This document shows positions 27,492-35,191 of a DNA stretch of 64,000 bases, piece by piece. The translations under genes were made by a program, and so were the position numbers. This DNA is from Acidimicrobiales bacterium (GTDB lineage Bacteria; Actinomycetota; Acidimicrobiia; Acidimicrobiales; JAJPHE01). Positions within the stretch are counted from its first letter, which is position 1. Every line of letters begins with the position of its first letter. The DNA lies in the NCBI GenBank assembly GCA_035695125.1, contig DASSEU010000025.1, positions 113,526 to 177,525 of the forward strand, in the 5' to 3' direction. Under the pieces are notes generated by a model, which did not search any database, was not told the DNA's origin, and saw only the letters and a program-made list of their open reading frames with translations.

Positions 27492-27551
27492 CCGTCCAAT
27501 TGGGCAGAGCCGTCCAAATGGGAGGTGACGGGGCGGACCGCCCAATTACCG
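27492..27551. promoter_or_regulatory. Three copies of a CCG(T/C)CCAA(T/A)T motif in the divergent SDR/methyltransferase intergenic region
   Basis: CCGTCCAATTGGG (27492), CCGTCCAAATGGG (27510) and CCGCCCAATTACC (27539). The first contains the palindrome CCAATTGG. Confidence 0.35.
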
Positions 27552-28345
27552 TGACGGCGGTGAGACCGGGCGAGCCGTCGATCACGGCGCGGCGGGTGGC
27601 GGCCCAGCGCCTGGCGTTCCCCCGGGTGCCCGTGGAGGGGGGAGGCGCCGCCGCCGACGACCTGCTGGCGGCCGACGTGGCCGGGGAGCTGGCGGGCGGA
27701 CCGCCCGGGCCCATGGCGCGCTACCTGGCCGCCCGCACCGCGTTCTTCGACCGGGTCGTCGTGGGGGCCCTCGACGGCGGGGTCGGGCAGATAGCCATCG
27801 TCGGCGCCGGCTATGACGGACGTCCCCTTCGCTACGCCCGGGCCGGTGTGCGCTGGTTCGAGGTCGACCACCCCGACACCCAGGCCGACAAGCGCGAGCG
27901 TCTGGCCCGCCTCGGCATCGAAGCCGGTCACGTCGCCTTCGTCCCCGCCGACCTGGCGACGACCGACGTGGGCCCGGCCCTGCTGGCCGGCGGCCTCGAT
28001 CGGAGCCGGAGATGCCTCTTCGTCTGCGAGGGTCTGCTGGTGTACCTGGAGCGGGCGGTCATCGACCGCCTGCTGGCCGGCCTGCGGGCGGTGGCGGCGC
28101 CGGGGAGCCGGCTGGCCCTCAGCGTCTCGGTGGCGACGGAGAGCGGTGAGGGCCGGGAGCGGCGGGAGCAGTTTGCCCGGCGGGTCGCTGCCGTCGGGGA
28201 ACCGGCGCGCACCGTCCTCGAGCCCAGCGAGGCCGAGCAGCTGCTCGACCGGACCGGGTGGTCCGTTGGCGGCGCCCGTGGGACGGCCTCGGATCGGGGT
28301 CGGGCGGCGGGCCTGATCGTGGCGGCGGCCGCGTCGGCGGCCTGA
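27551..28345 (+). CDS. Class I SAM-dependent methyltransferase (leucine-carboxyl/Omt family)
   Basis: ARTAFFD...QIAIVGAGYDGRPLRY...WFEVDHP...LFVCEGLLVYL, typical of the TIGR00027-type family. Start candidates are GTG 27551, GTG 27560 and ATG 27518. Confidence 0.78.
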   Translation: MTAVRPGEPSITARRVAAQRLAFPRVPVEGGGAAADDLLAADVAGELAGGPPGPMARYLAARTAFFDRVVVGALDGGVGQIAIVGAGYDGRPLRYARAGVRWFEVDHPDTQADKRERLARLGIEAGHVAFVPADLATTDVGPALLAGGLDRSRRCLFVCEGLLVYLERAVIDRLLAGLRAVAAPGSRLALSVSVATESGEGRERREQFARRVAAVGEPARTVLEPSEAEQLLDRTGWSVGGARGTASDRGRAAGLIVAAAASAA

Positions 28346-28391
28346 CCCGTCTCCGACCCGCCGTCCCCGACCCGGCGCTAGGTTCCGCAAG

Positions 28392-28751
28392 GTGTCGTTG
28401 ATCCGGCGCTATCTCGACGGCGTGGCGGGCCAGGACTGGCCCGCGGTGTCCGAGTGCCTGGCTGACGGGGTCCGCCGGGTCGGGCCGTTCGGGGACGTGT
28501 ACGAGGGCCGGGAGCAGTACCTCGCCTTCCTGCGCCGGACCATGCCGACGCTGGCCGGCTATCGCATGGACGTGGAGCGGGTTCTCCACGCGGCGGACGA
28601 CACCGCCGCGGTGGCCGAGCTGAGCGAGACCGTCGAGCTCGACGGCCGGTCGGTACGCACGCCGGAGAGCCTGGTCTTCGACCTGGACGACGACGGCCGG
28701 ATCCGCCACATAGCCATCTACATCCAGCAGCTGGCTCCGGACGGCCACTGA
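28392..28751 (+). CDS. SnoaL-like / NTF2-fold protein
   Basis: 119 aa. IRRYLDGVAGQDWPAVSECLADGV... pattern of small polyketide-cyclase-like folds. Confidence 0.65.
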   Translation: MSLIRRYLDGVAGQDWPAVSECLADGVRRVGPFGDVYEGREQYLAFLRRTMPTLAGYRMDVERVLHAADDTAAVAELSETVELDGRSVRTPESLVFDLDDDGRIRHIAIYIQQLAPDGH

Positions 28752-28818
28752 TCCGAGTGCGACGGCGGCGCCGAACCCACCCGGCGGCCCGGTTGGGTCG
28801 GCCGGCCACGAGGAGAGG

Positions 28819-29469
28819 GTGATGAGCGCCGACGAGACCCTGATGTGGGACGAGGTTCGAGACATCGGCTCACTGCTCCACGAGCTCGACGACGCCGACT
28901 TCGACCGTCCGAGCCTCTGCGAAGGATGGAAGGTGAGGGACGTCCTCGGACACATGGGGCTGGGCCATACCACCCCGATGCTGGCCATGACGGGCCGGAT
29001 GGCCCGGTACGGGTTCAACGTGACCAAGGCGTCGTTCAACGAGTCGAAGTCCCTGTTCTCGGAGAGCACCCCCGACGAGATCAGGCGGTTCTGGGACGAC
29101 GTGATGGTGGCCGGTCAGCCCCGCCGGGGCATCTCCAAGATGATCCCGACCTCAGCGGGGTTCCTCGACCACCTCGTCCACAACGAGGACATCCGCCGGC
29201 CGACCGGTCACCGACGCCAGGTGCCCGAGGACCGTCTCCGCCGGGCCCTGTCGCTGGTGCGCACCGAGGGCAGTCCCATGTGGAGCCCGAAGAAGAAGGT
29301 GAGCGGGCTGCGCCTCCAGGCCACCGACATCGACTGGTCCGAGGGGGAGGGACCGGTCGTGTCGGGCCCCGGTGAATCGATCGTCATGGCCGCGTCCGGC
29401 CGGCGGGCGGCGCTGGGGGAGCTCGAGGGGGACGGGGTCGACCGGCTGCGGGCGCGGATCGGCGCCTGA
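28819..29469 (+). CDS. DinB/MDMPI-family (mycothiol-dependent maleylpyruvate-isomerase-like) protein
   Basis: DFDRPSLCEGWKVRDVLGHM N-terminal metal-binding domain pattern (TIGR03083-like). Confidence 0.75.
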   Translation: MMSADETLMWDEVRDIGSLLHELDDADFDRPSLCEGWKVRDVLGHMGLGHTTPMLAMTGRMARYGFNVTKASFNESKSLFSESTPDEIRRFWDDVMVAGQPRRGISKMIPTSAGFLDHLVHNEDIRRPTGHRRQVPEDRLRRALSLVRTEGSPMWSPKKKVSGLRLQATDIDWSEGEGPVVSGPGESIVMAASGRRAALGELEGDGVDRLRARIGA

Positions 29470-29473
29470 GGCC

Positions 29474-30787
29474 CTACAGGGCCAGCAGGTAACCGGCCAC
29501 CAGGAGGAGGCCGGTCAAGAGGTGCAGGGCGATGTTGGTCTGCATGGCCGGCATGAGCTCGTAGGGCCGGTCGTAGTGGGACCGCATGCCCCGCCACACC
29601 TTCACCGCCATCGGGGCGGGCAGGAGGGCCAGGAGGGTCCACAGGGGGGTGACGCCCGCCGCCGCTTCCGCGACGACGGCCACGAAGGCCGCCACCACCG
29701 ACGCGGCGTAGCCGGTCTGCACGGCCGACGGTGACCACCGCACGATGAGGGTCCGCTTGCCGGCGGCGGCGTCCCCGGCCCGATCCGGTATCTGGTTCAC
29801 ATACAGGACGAGGGCTATGAGGATGGCCACGGGGATCGAGGCCAGGACCGTCTCCCAGCTCCAGCGTCCGGCGCAGGCGTAGAACGTCCCGACCGCCATC
29901 ACCGGACCGAAGCCGAGGGCGGTGACCGGCTCCCCGAGGCCCCGGTGCACCAGCCGGAAGGGCGGCGCCGTGTAGGCGAGGCTGAGGAAGACCCCGACGG
30001 CCCCGATGCCCAGGAGGCCCCACCCCCGGGCGGCGGCCAGATAGGCGCCGATACCGACAGCCATGACGTACAGACCGATGCAGCCGGTGAGCATGGCGCG
30101 CCGGCTCACCAGCCCGTACTGAAGGACGCGGGACCCGCCGCTGAACGGGGTAGGGGTGGCGTTGGCCTCGTCGGCCCCGCTGGCCTGGTCGTACAGGTCG
30201 TTGGCCATGTTGAGCCCGAGGTGGACGGCCACCGCCGCCAGCAGCGCCAGGAGGAACCAGCCCCAGCGGAAGAGGTGGTGCCGGGCGGCGACGGCCCCGC
30301 CGAGGGCCACCGGGACCAGGGTGGCGGTCAGGAAGGGAAGCCGGGTGGCGAGGAAGACGGTCCAGCCGAGCGACAGACGGGGACGGCTGCCGACCTCGTC
30401 GAGATAGCGCCGGGCTGTCCCGACGGAACGTTCCGCGTACTCGAAGAAGGGGGTCTCGCTCTCGTCCCACCCACTGGCGCGGCCGACGTCGACGCGCAGG
30501 AGATCACCGGCCCGCTCGGCCCGCCCCCACAGGTTCACGTAGCGGCGCTGGTCGTAGCCCACGCCGGGCTGGGGCCGCACGTGGCTGAAGGTCACGATCA
30601 CGTCGTCTCCGTCGGGGGGCCCAAGCTCCGCCGCCACGGGTCCGACTGTGAGGGTGCCCGCGGCCGCCTCGACGGAGAAGTCGGCCGCAGCGCTGACCGG
30701 GTAGCCGTCGGTGCCGACCCACGCCACCACGGCGCGTTCGTAGCGAGACACCCGATCCAGAGCATCGGGGATGGTGAGGGCGGCCAT
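29474..30787 (-). CDS. Fusion protein: PNPOx-like split-barrel domain + UbiA/MenA-type aromatic prenyltransferase
   Basis: N-terminal ~130 aa (ERAVVAWVGTDGYPVSAAADFSV...) are followed by 8-9 TM helices carrying NMANDLYDQASGAD (NxxxDxxxD-like) and YVNQIPDRAGDAAAGKRTL motifs. Confidence 0.8.
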   Translation of the reverse strand: MAALTIPDALDRVSRYERAVVAWVGTDGYPVSAAADFSVEAAAGTLTVGPVAAELGPPDGDDVIVTFSHVRPQPGVGYDQRRYVNLWGRAERAGDLLRVDVGRASGWDESETPFFEYAERSVGTARRYLDEVGSRPRLSLGWTVFLATRLPFLTATLVPVALGGAVAARHHLFRWGWFLLALLAAVAVHLGLNMANDLYDQASGADEANATPTPFSGGSRVLQYGLVSRRAMLTGCIGLYVMAVGIGAYLAAARGWGLLGIGAVGVFLSLAYTAPPFRLVHRGLGEPVTALGFGPVMAVGTFYACAGRWSWETVLASIPVAILIALVLYVNQIPDRAGDAAAGKRTLIVRWSPSAVQTGYAASVVAAFVAVVAEAAAGVTPLWTLLALLPAPMAVKVWRGMRSHYDRPYELMPAMQTNIALHLLTGLLLVAGYLLAL

Positions 30788-31278
30788 CAGTCCTCCCCTC
30801 CCAGATCGATGATCTCGGGCTCCCCGGCCATCCCCGGGCCCGGCCACAGGAACACCCGCCTCGGCACGACCTCGATCACGGCGCGCTCGAAGAACAGGGG
30901 GATGCCGAAGCGCTTCTTCAGGAACTCGTCGATCACCGGCTCCTTGGCCCGCCACAGGGGCAGGAGTCGCTCCCATCCCTCGTGGAGGTCCTCCTCGATG
31001 ACCCGGGCGTCCCCCTGAATGGTGGCCGGTCGGAACGGCGTGACCGGCACCGCCGCCGGGTCCGTGAGCGAGACGCACACCCTGGGGTCGGCCTTGATGT
31101 GGGTCAGCTTGCGGGAGAACAGCGCCGCCGACGTGAACCAGATACGGCTCCCGTCCGACAGCGGGATCATGGGGTAGGTCACCGGGCCGAACGGCGCCAC
31201 CACGGTCAGCTCGGCAACCAGGGCAGCGTCGAGCAGCTCGACTACGGGCGCCGGCAGCGCCGTCTTCACTGCGGTCAT
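30787..31278 (-). CDS. Pyridoxamine 5'-phosphate oxidase-like (FMN/F420-binding split barrel) protein
   Basis: 163 aa. LVAELTVVAPFGPVTYPMIPL...ADPRVCVSL. The stop overlaps the start of the fusion gene (TGATG). Confidence 0.7.
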   Translation of the reverse strand: MTAVKTALPAPVVELLDAALVAELTVVAPFGPVTYPMIPLSDGSRIWFTSAALFSRKLTHIKADPRVCVSLTDPAAVPVTPFRPATIQGDARVIEEDLHEGWERLLPLWRAKEPVIDEFLKKRFGIPLFFERAVIEVVPRRVFLWPGPGMAGEPEIIDLGGED

Positions 31279-31287
31279 GCGCGCAGG

Positions 31288-32229
31288 CTACGTCCCCCCG
31301 GTGCCCCGGCCCAATCGTGCCGGACCCTCGGCCAGCAGGCGCTCCCGGGCCGCCCTGATGGCGGCGGCCTTCTCCTCGTCGACAGCCGGTGTCTTCAGTT
31401 TCAGGCCTCGGACGGCGTCCACGACGACGGCCCCCACGAGGGCGCGGAGCTGGTGCTTGTGGTCGGCGGGCACCACGTACCAGGGGGCCCACGGAGTCGA
31501 GGTGGCGGTGAGGACGTCCTCGTAGGCGCGCTGGTAATCGTCGAAGTGGGCCCGCTCGGCCATGTCGGAGGGTGAAACCTTCCACTGTCGGGCGGGGTCG
31601 TCGATCCGCTGCAGGAACCGTCGTCGCTGCTCCTCCTTGGAGACGTGAAGGAAGAACTTCACGATCCTGGTCCCGTCGCGGGCGAGGTGTCGTTCGAAGG
31701 TGTTGATGTCCTCATACCGGGCCCGCCACAGGCTCTTGCCCGCCTTCTGCCCGAGCGGCAGGTGCTCGGCCGTGAGCAGTTCCGGGTGGACGCGGACCAC
31801 GAGAACCTCCTCGTAGTACGAGCGGTTGAAGATGCCGATCCGGCCCCGGGCCGGCAGGGCGCGGGCGCAGCGCCAGAGAATGTCGTGGTCCAACTCCTCC
31901 CGGGACGGCTGCTTGAAGGACACGACCTCACAGCCCTGTGGATTCACACCGGACATGACGTGCTTGATGGTCCCGTCCTTGCCGGCGGCGTCGAGCGCCT
32001 GGAAGATCAGGAGCAGCGCCCAGCGACCGTTGGCGTACAGCAGCTCCTGGGCGGCCTGAAGCTCGGCCTTGAAGGCGTCGAGGTCACGGTCGGCCAGCTC
32101 CCTCGGCCCCGCCCGCCCCAGGCCGCGGAGCCAGTCGGTCGTCGTCTTCTTGGTGCTCCGGGCCGAGAGCCGGGCGGGCTGGCCCGGCTGCACCCGCAGC
32201 TCGTTGATCACCTGCCTGGGAAGCTTCAT
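31288..32229 (-). CDS. Polyphosphate kinase 2 (PPK2) family phosphotransferase
   Basis: ALLLIFQALDAAGKDGTIKHV (Walker A-like), FNRSYYEEVLVVRVH, WYVVPADHK. Start at the internal ATG (MKLPRQV). Confidence 0.9.
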   Translation of the reverse strand: MKLPRQVINELRVQPGQPARLSARSTKKTTTDWLRGLGRAGPRELADRDLDAFKAELQAAQELLYANGRWALLLIFQALDAAGKDGTIKHVMSGVNPQGCEVVSFKQPSREELDHDILWRCARALPARGRIGIFNRSYYEEVLVVRVHPELLTAEHLPLGQKAGKSLWRARYEDINTFERHLARDGTRIVKFFLHVSKEEQRRRFLQRIDDPARQWKVSPSDMAERAHFDDYQRAYEDVLTATSTPWAPWYVVPADHKHQLRALVGAVVVDAVRGLKLKTPAVDEEKAAAIRAARERLLAEGPARLGRGTGGT

Positions 32230-32345
32230 CACCGCGTCGCAGCGGCCGGCGGAGTCCAAACCATTCTCGTCATGGCCGAGAGTGTCCACCCCACCGACCC
32301 CGCGCCGCCAGGGGCTTCGGTCACAAGCCCGGACAGGCACTCCCG

Positions 32346-32716
32346 TCACCGGGGAGGCGGACTGGAACTCGTAAGCGTCCATGACCCCGCCCAAACGTCT
32401 TGACGATAAGGACAGCAGTCCTGCACCGGGATCAGGGTGAGCGTATTGGCTGATTTCGACCATCGGTAGGAACCGAATGGGCCAGAGGGATTGCAATCCA
32501 CGTCGCCGAGACCGTGATGTCCGTAACGACTGATACCACCGCCCGTGGCGGAGATCGGCGCCTCCTGAATCGGCGCGTCGACGTTGATGGTGTCGCCTTG
32601 CACGTCGTCTTGATAGATGCGACCACTCCCGACGGGGTCTAGTTCCCAGGCGCCGACCCGGTCGAAGACGAGCTCCCACTGCCCGGTCGGCGGGGCTCGT
32701 CGCCAGGCCCGGCGCC
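32346..32716 (-). pseudogene. Possible gene remnant or small orphan ORF in a compositionally atypical spacer
   Basis: The open frame reads ...TGQWELVFDRVGAWELDPVGSGRIYQDDVQGDTINVDAPIQ...YRWSKSANTLTLIPVQDCCPYRQDVWAGSWTL*. No canonical start occurs before GTG 32603, and GC3 is noticeably lower than in neighbouring genes. Confidence 0.25.
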
Positions 32717-33295
32717 CTATGCGGGACGTGGGGTGGAGACCGATGAGAGGGCGCCCGTGGCGCGTAGTTCGCGGAGTGCGGGGACAGGGTCGGGGTCGCT
32801 GTAGATCTCGGGGTCCTCGTAGTCGGTCGGCCGCCCAGTGACGTCGCGGACCCAGAAGGATGCTTCAAGGGCGATGCCGTTGTTGTCGGTGAAGTAGACG
32901 GAGTGGACGCTGCTGTGCTCGACGATCTCGGTCACCTCGCAGCCGGCGGCGATGAGCCGTCGCCGCAGGCCATGGAGCGACCGCTCGTCGGGGAGGTTCA
33001 GGGCGAGGTGGTCAAACTGCGTCGCGCGGGCGTCGGGCACGCCGGCGGGCTTGGCGAAGGGCTCGATCGTCAGCTCGGCGTACTCGAAGAACGCGACGGT
33101 GCATTGTGGGCCGAACTCGAAGAAGTAGTGACGGAACTCCGTTGTGCCGACGGTGGCGGCGATCCGGGCTCCGAGGACACCGCAGTAGAACCGAACGGTC
33201 GCGTCCATGTCGGCGGTGATGAGGGCGAGGTGGTTGATCCCGCTCCACGCAGGCCTCGTGGCCGTGTCGGGTTCTGCGTTCTCGATGGCTGTCAT
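32717..33295 (-). CDS. VOC-family (glyoxalase/extradiol dioxygenase-like) protein
   Basis: GINHLALITADMDATVRFYCGVLG plus a second half with FDHLALNLPD...HSVYFTDNNGIALE. Confidence 0.78.
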   Translation of the reverse strand: MTAIENAEPDTATRPAWSGINHLALITADMDATVRFYCGVLGARIAATVGTTEFRHYFFEFGPQCTVAFFEYAELTIEPFAKPAGVPDARATQFDHLALNLPDERSLHGLRRRLIAAGCEVTEIVEHSSVHSVYFTDNNGIALEASFWVRDVTGRPTDYEDPEIYSDPDPVPALRELRATGALSSVSTPRPA

Positions 33296-33873
33296 GGTTG
33301 GCTTCCTCTCGGGTCGGCCTTTGGAGGGGCCTGGCGGCGTCGTATGCCGCCGGTGGGTGCGGGGGCGGAGCGGGCGTCCTCGGCCGCCCTTTGGATCTTG
33401 GCGAGAGCGCGAAGGAGGTTGCGTTGCTCGCCGGCGGTGAGGGCCGCGCCGATCACGTCACGCTCGCGGATGTGCAGGTTCGGGAGCAGCTCGTTGACGA
33501 TCGCCTCGGCGTCAGGCGTGATGTCGACGAGGAGTTTGCGTCGATCGTCGGGGTGCGGGAGCCGCCGGACGAGACCCCGTTTCTCCAAATTGTCGAGCAG
33601 CGAGGTCATCGAACCCGTCGTGACCATGACGCGGTCGGCGATCACGCTCGGTTCGAGTGGTTCGCCGGCTCCCTCGACAACGGCGAGCAAGCTCCGGGCG
33701 CTCGGGGAGAGCTGGTACTGGTCCATCGTGTGCCGGTTGTGCAGCCCGACGAGCAGGTCCCCCGTGCGTATGAGGTTGGCGTAGCACTCGGTGGCGAGCG
33801 CGCTGGCGTCCGGGTATTCGTCCTCGAATGCGTCGCCCACTCGGACGATCGGCTGAGGAACCCGGTCGCTCAA
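33292..33873 (-). CDS. MarR-family transcriptional regulator
   Basis: Winged-helix core SVIADRVMVTTGSMTSLLDNLEKRGLVRRLPHPDDRRKLLVDIT. A TTG start overlaps the upstream stop (TTGA), but a downstream GTG is also possible. Confidence 0.85.
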   Translation of the reverse strand: MSDRVPQPIVRVGDAFEDEYPDASALATECYANLIRTGDLLVGLHNRHTMDQYQLSPSARSLLAVVEGAGEPLEPSVIADRVMVTTGSMTSLLDNLEKRGLVRRLPHPDDRRKLLVDITPDAEAIVNELLPNLHIRERDVIGAALTAGEQRNLLRALAKIQRAAEDARSAPAPTGGIRRRQAPPKADPRGSQP

Positions 33874-34520
33874 CGTGCGGCGGCCAGCTCGGGGATGCGC
33901 CGGCTGAGCTCCGACCAGTCATCACCGATGGCAGCGGCGACCAGTTGGGTGGCGCCGGAGAAGGCCTCCGGTGGCATCACATGCTGCCATATGCGGGTCA
34001 TGTTCTCGCGATCGTCGTGGCCCATGAGCGGGAACATCCAGGCGACGAGCTCCGGGAACCGCTCCTCGGGGACCTGGCCGGCCATTACGCCCACGGCTTG
34101 GCCCTGGTCGGGCACCGAGACACGTTCGCCGATGAGCCGGTACAGGTGCGTGTCCTCCTTGTCGAGGTGGACGTCGAGGAAGTACTTGAAGGCCTTGGTG
34201 GCCCGAGCGGTCTCCAACGGGTCGCGCACCGACACTGCGTTGCTCAACGCATCGAAGGCCGCGTCGAGCGCCCGGTGGTCCTTCTCGTAGGCCTCCGCCA
34301 CCGACGGTGCGACCGACTCGAGGGCCGGGAACATCGCCAGCTCCTCACCGTGCGCATGCCACTCGAGCACCTCGTTGAAGAACCGGAAGCGCTCGACGGT
34401 TGCCTCGAGACCCGGCTTCCCTTGGGCTGCCTCCAGCGCTGCGGCATCGATGAGCCGCATGTCCTCGCGGAAGGCGTTGTGGATCGCTCGCACTGCATCG
34501 ATCGGACCGGCCATGACCAT
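33870..34520 (-). CDS. Hemerythrin (HHE cation-binding) domain protein
   Basis: Two HHE-type modules (IHNAFREDM...EWHAHGEE, YEKDH...DVHLDKED). AAGGGGGG Shine-Dalgarno lies before ATG 34520. Confidence 0.8.
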   Translation of the reverse strand: MVMAGPIDAVRAIHNAFREDMRLIDAAALEAAQGKPGLEATVERFRFFNEVLEWHAHGEELAMFPALESVAPSVAEAYEKDHRALDAAFDALSNAVSVRDPLETARATKAFKYFLDVHLDKEDTHLYRLIGERVSVPDQGQAVGVMAGQVPEERFPELVAWMFPLMGHDDRENMTRIWQHVMPPEAFSGATQLVAAAIGDDWSELSRRIPELAAAR

Positions 34521-34568
34521 CCCCCCTTTGTCGGACCTTCGGCGACGACCACCGTTCGCTCGACCTAA

Positions 34569-34590
34569 GGTAACTTGAGATCAAGTTACC
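34569..34590. promoter_or_regulatory. Perfect 10-2-10 inverted repeat GGTAACTTGA-ga-TCAAGTTACC (candidate MarR operator)
   Basis: Read directly from the sequence. It lies 48 nt upstream of the hemerythrin-marR-VOC operon start and overlaps the predicted -10. Confidence 0.6.
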
Positions 34591-34611
34591 GGAGCCCGTG
34601 CGACATGTCAA
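34583..34611 (-). promoter_or_regulatory. Sigma-A-type promoter TTGACA-17 nt-TAACTT for the hemerythrin-marR-VOC operon
   Basis: The minus strand reads TTGACAtgtcgcacgggctccggTAACTT. The -35 is at 34611-34606 and the -10 at 34588-34583. Confidence 0.5.
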
Positions 34612-34650
34612 TAGGCGAATCACGCCCCGTCGCCACCGCCAGGACGGCGT

Positions 34651-34667
34651 ACGATCGGACCGATCGT
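34651..34667. promoter_or_regulatory. 17-bp palindrome ACGATCGG-a-CCGATCGT
   Basis: Perfect 8-bp arms, 45 nt downstream of the SnoaL-like gene stop (34712) and upstream of the hemerythrin promoter. It could be a binding site or a short terminator stem. Confidence 0.3.
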
Positions 34668-34711
34668 TGCGTGGAGGAGGTTGGTAGGTCGGAAACCAGC
34701 TGATGCAGCTG

Positions 34712-35191
34712 TCACCAGGTCTGCTGGCGATCAGCGACGTAGTCCACTTGATCGAACGGCGCCGACTCGATGGAATCGAGGACCACATGCTGAGCCCGGA
34801 TTCGGTAGCCCTCCGAAGACCGGACCAGCGTCCAATGGACCAAACCGCTGGACAGCGTGCTCGGGCGCCGCTCGATGATCTGGGTCACGAAGAGGTACGA
34901 GTCCAGGTCGAGCTCTTCCCCACGCTCTGCCACCACATGGACGTTGGCGGCGTGGTGGCGGAGCGGATATGGACTGCTCCTGCGATGCTCCCTCTTCCAC
35001 GCCATGGCCTGATCGCGGCCGTGACACTCTGACCGGATGAACTCCTCGAACGGGTGGTTGCCGAGCTCGGTGCGTGAGCTGGTGGAGCAGTCCTCGGTGA
35101 GCAGGCCTTCGAGGACGTCGAGCCGGCCCTCGTCGTAGTTGTACCACCAGCGGTGGATGAGCTCGTGGGCAGCGAAGTGGTCGTGACTCAT
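34712..35191 (-). CDS. SnoaL-like / NTF2-fold protein
   Basis: AAHELIHRWWYNYDEGRLDVLEGLLTEDC pattern. The ATG overlaps the stop of the upstream LLM gene (ATGA). Confidence 0.65.
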   Translation of the reverse strand: MSHDHFAAHELIHRWWYNYDEGRLDVLEGLLTEDCSTSSRTELGNHPFEEFIRSECHGRDQAMAWKREHRRSSPYPLRHHAANVHVVAERGEELDLDSYLFVTQIIERRPSTLSSGLVHWTLVRSSEGYRIRAQHVVLDSIESAPFDQVDYVADRQQTW

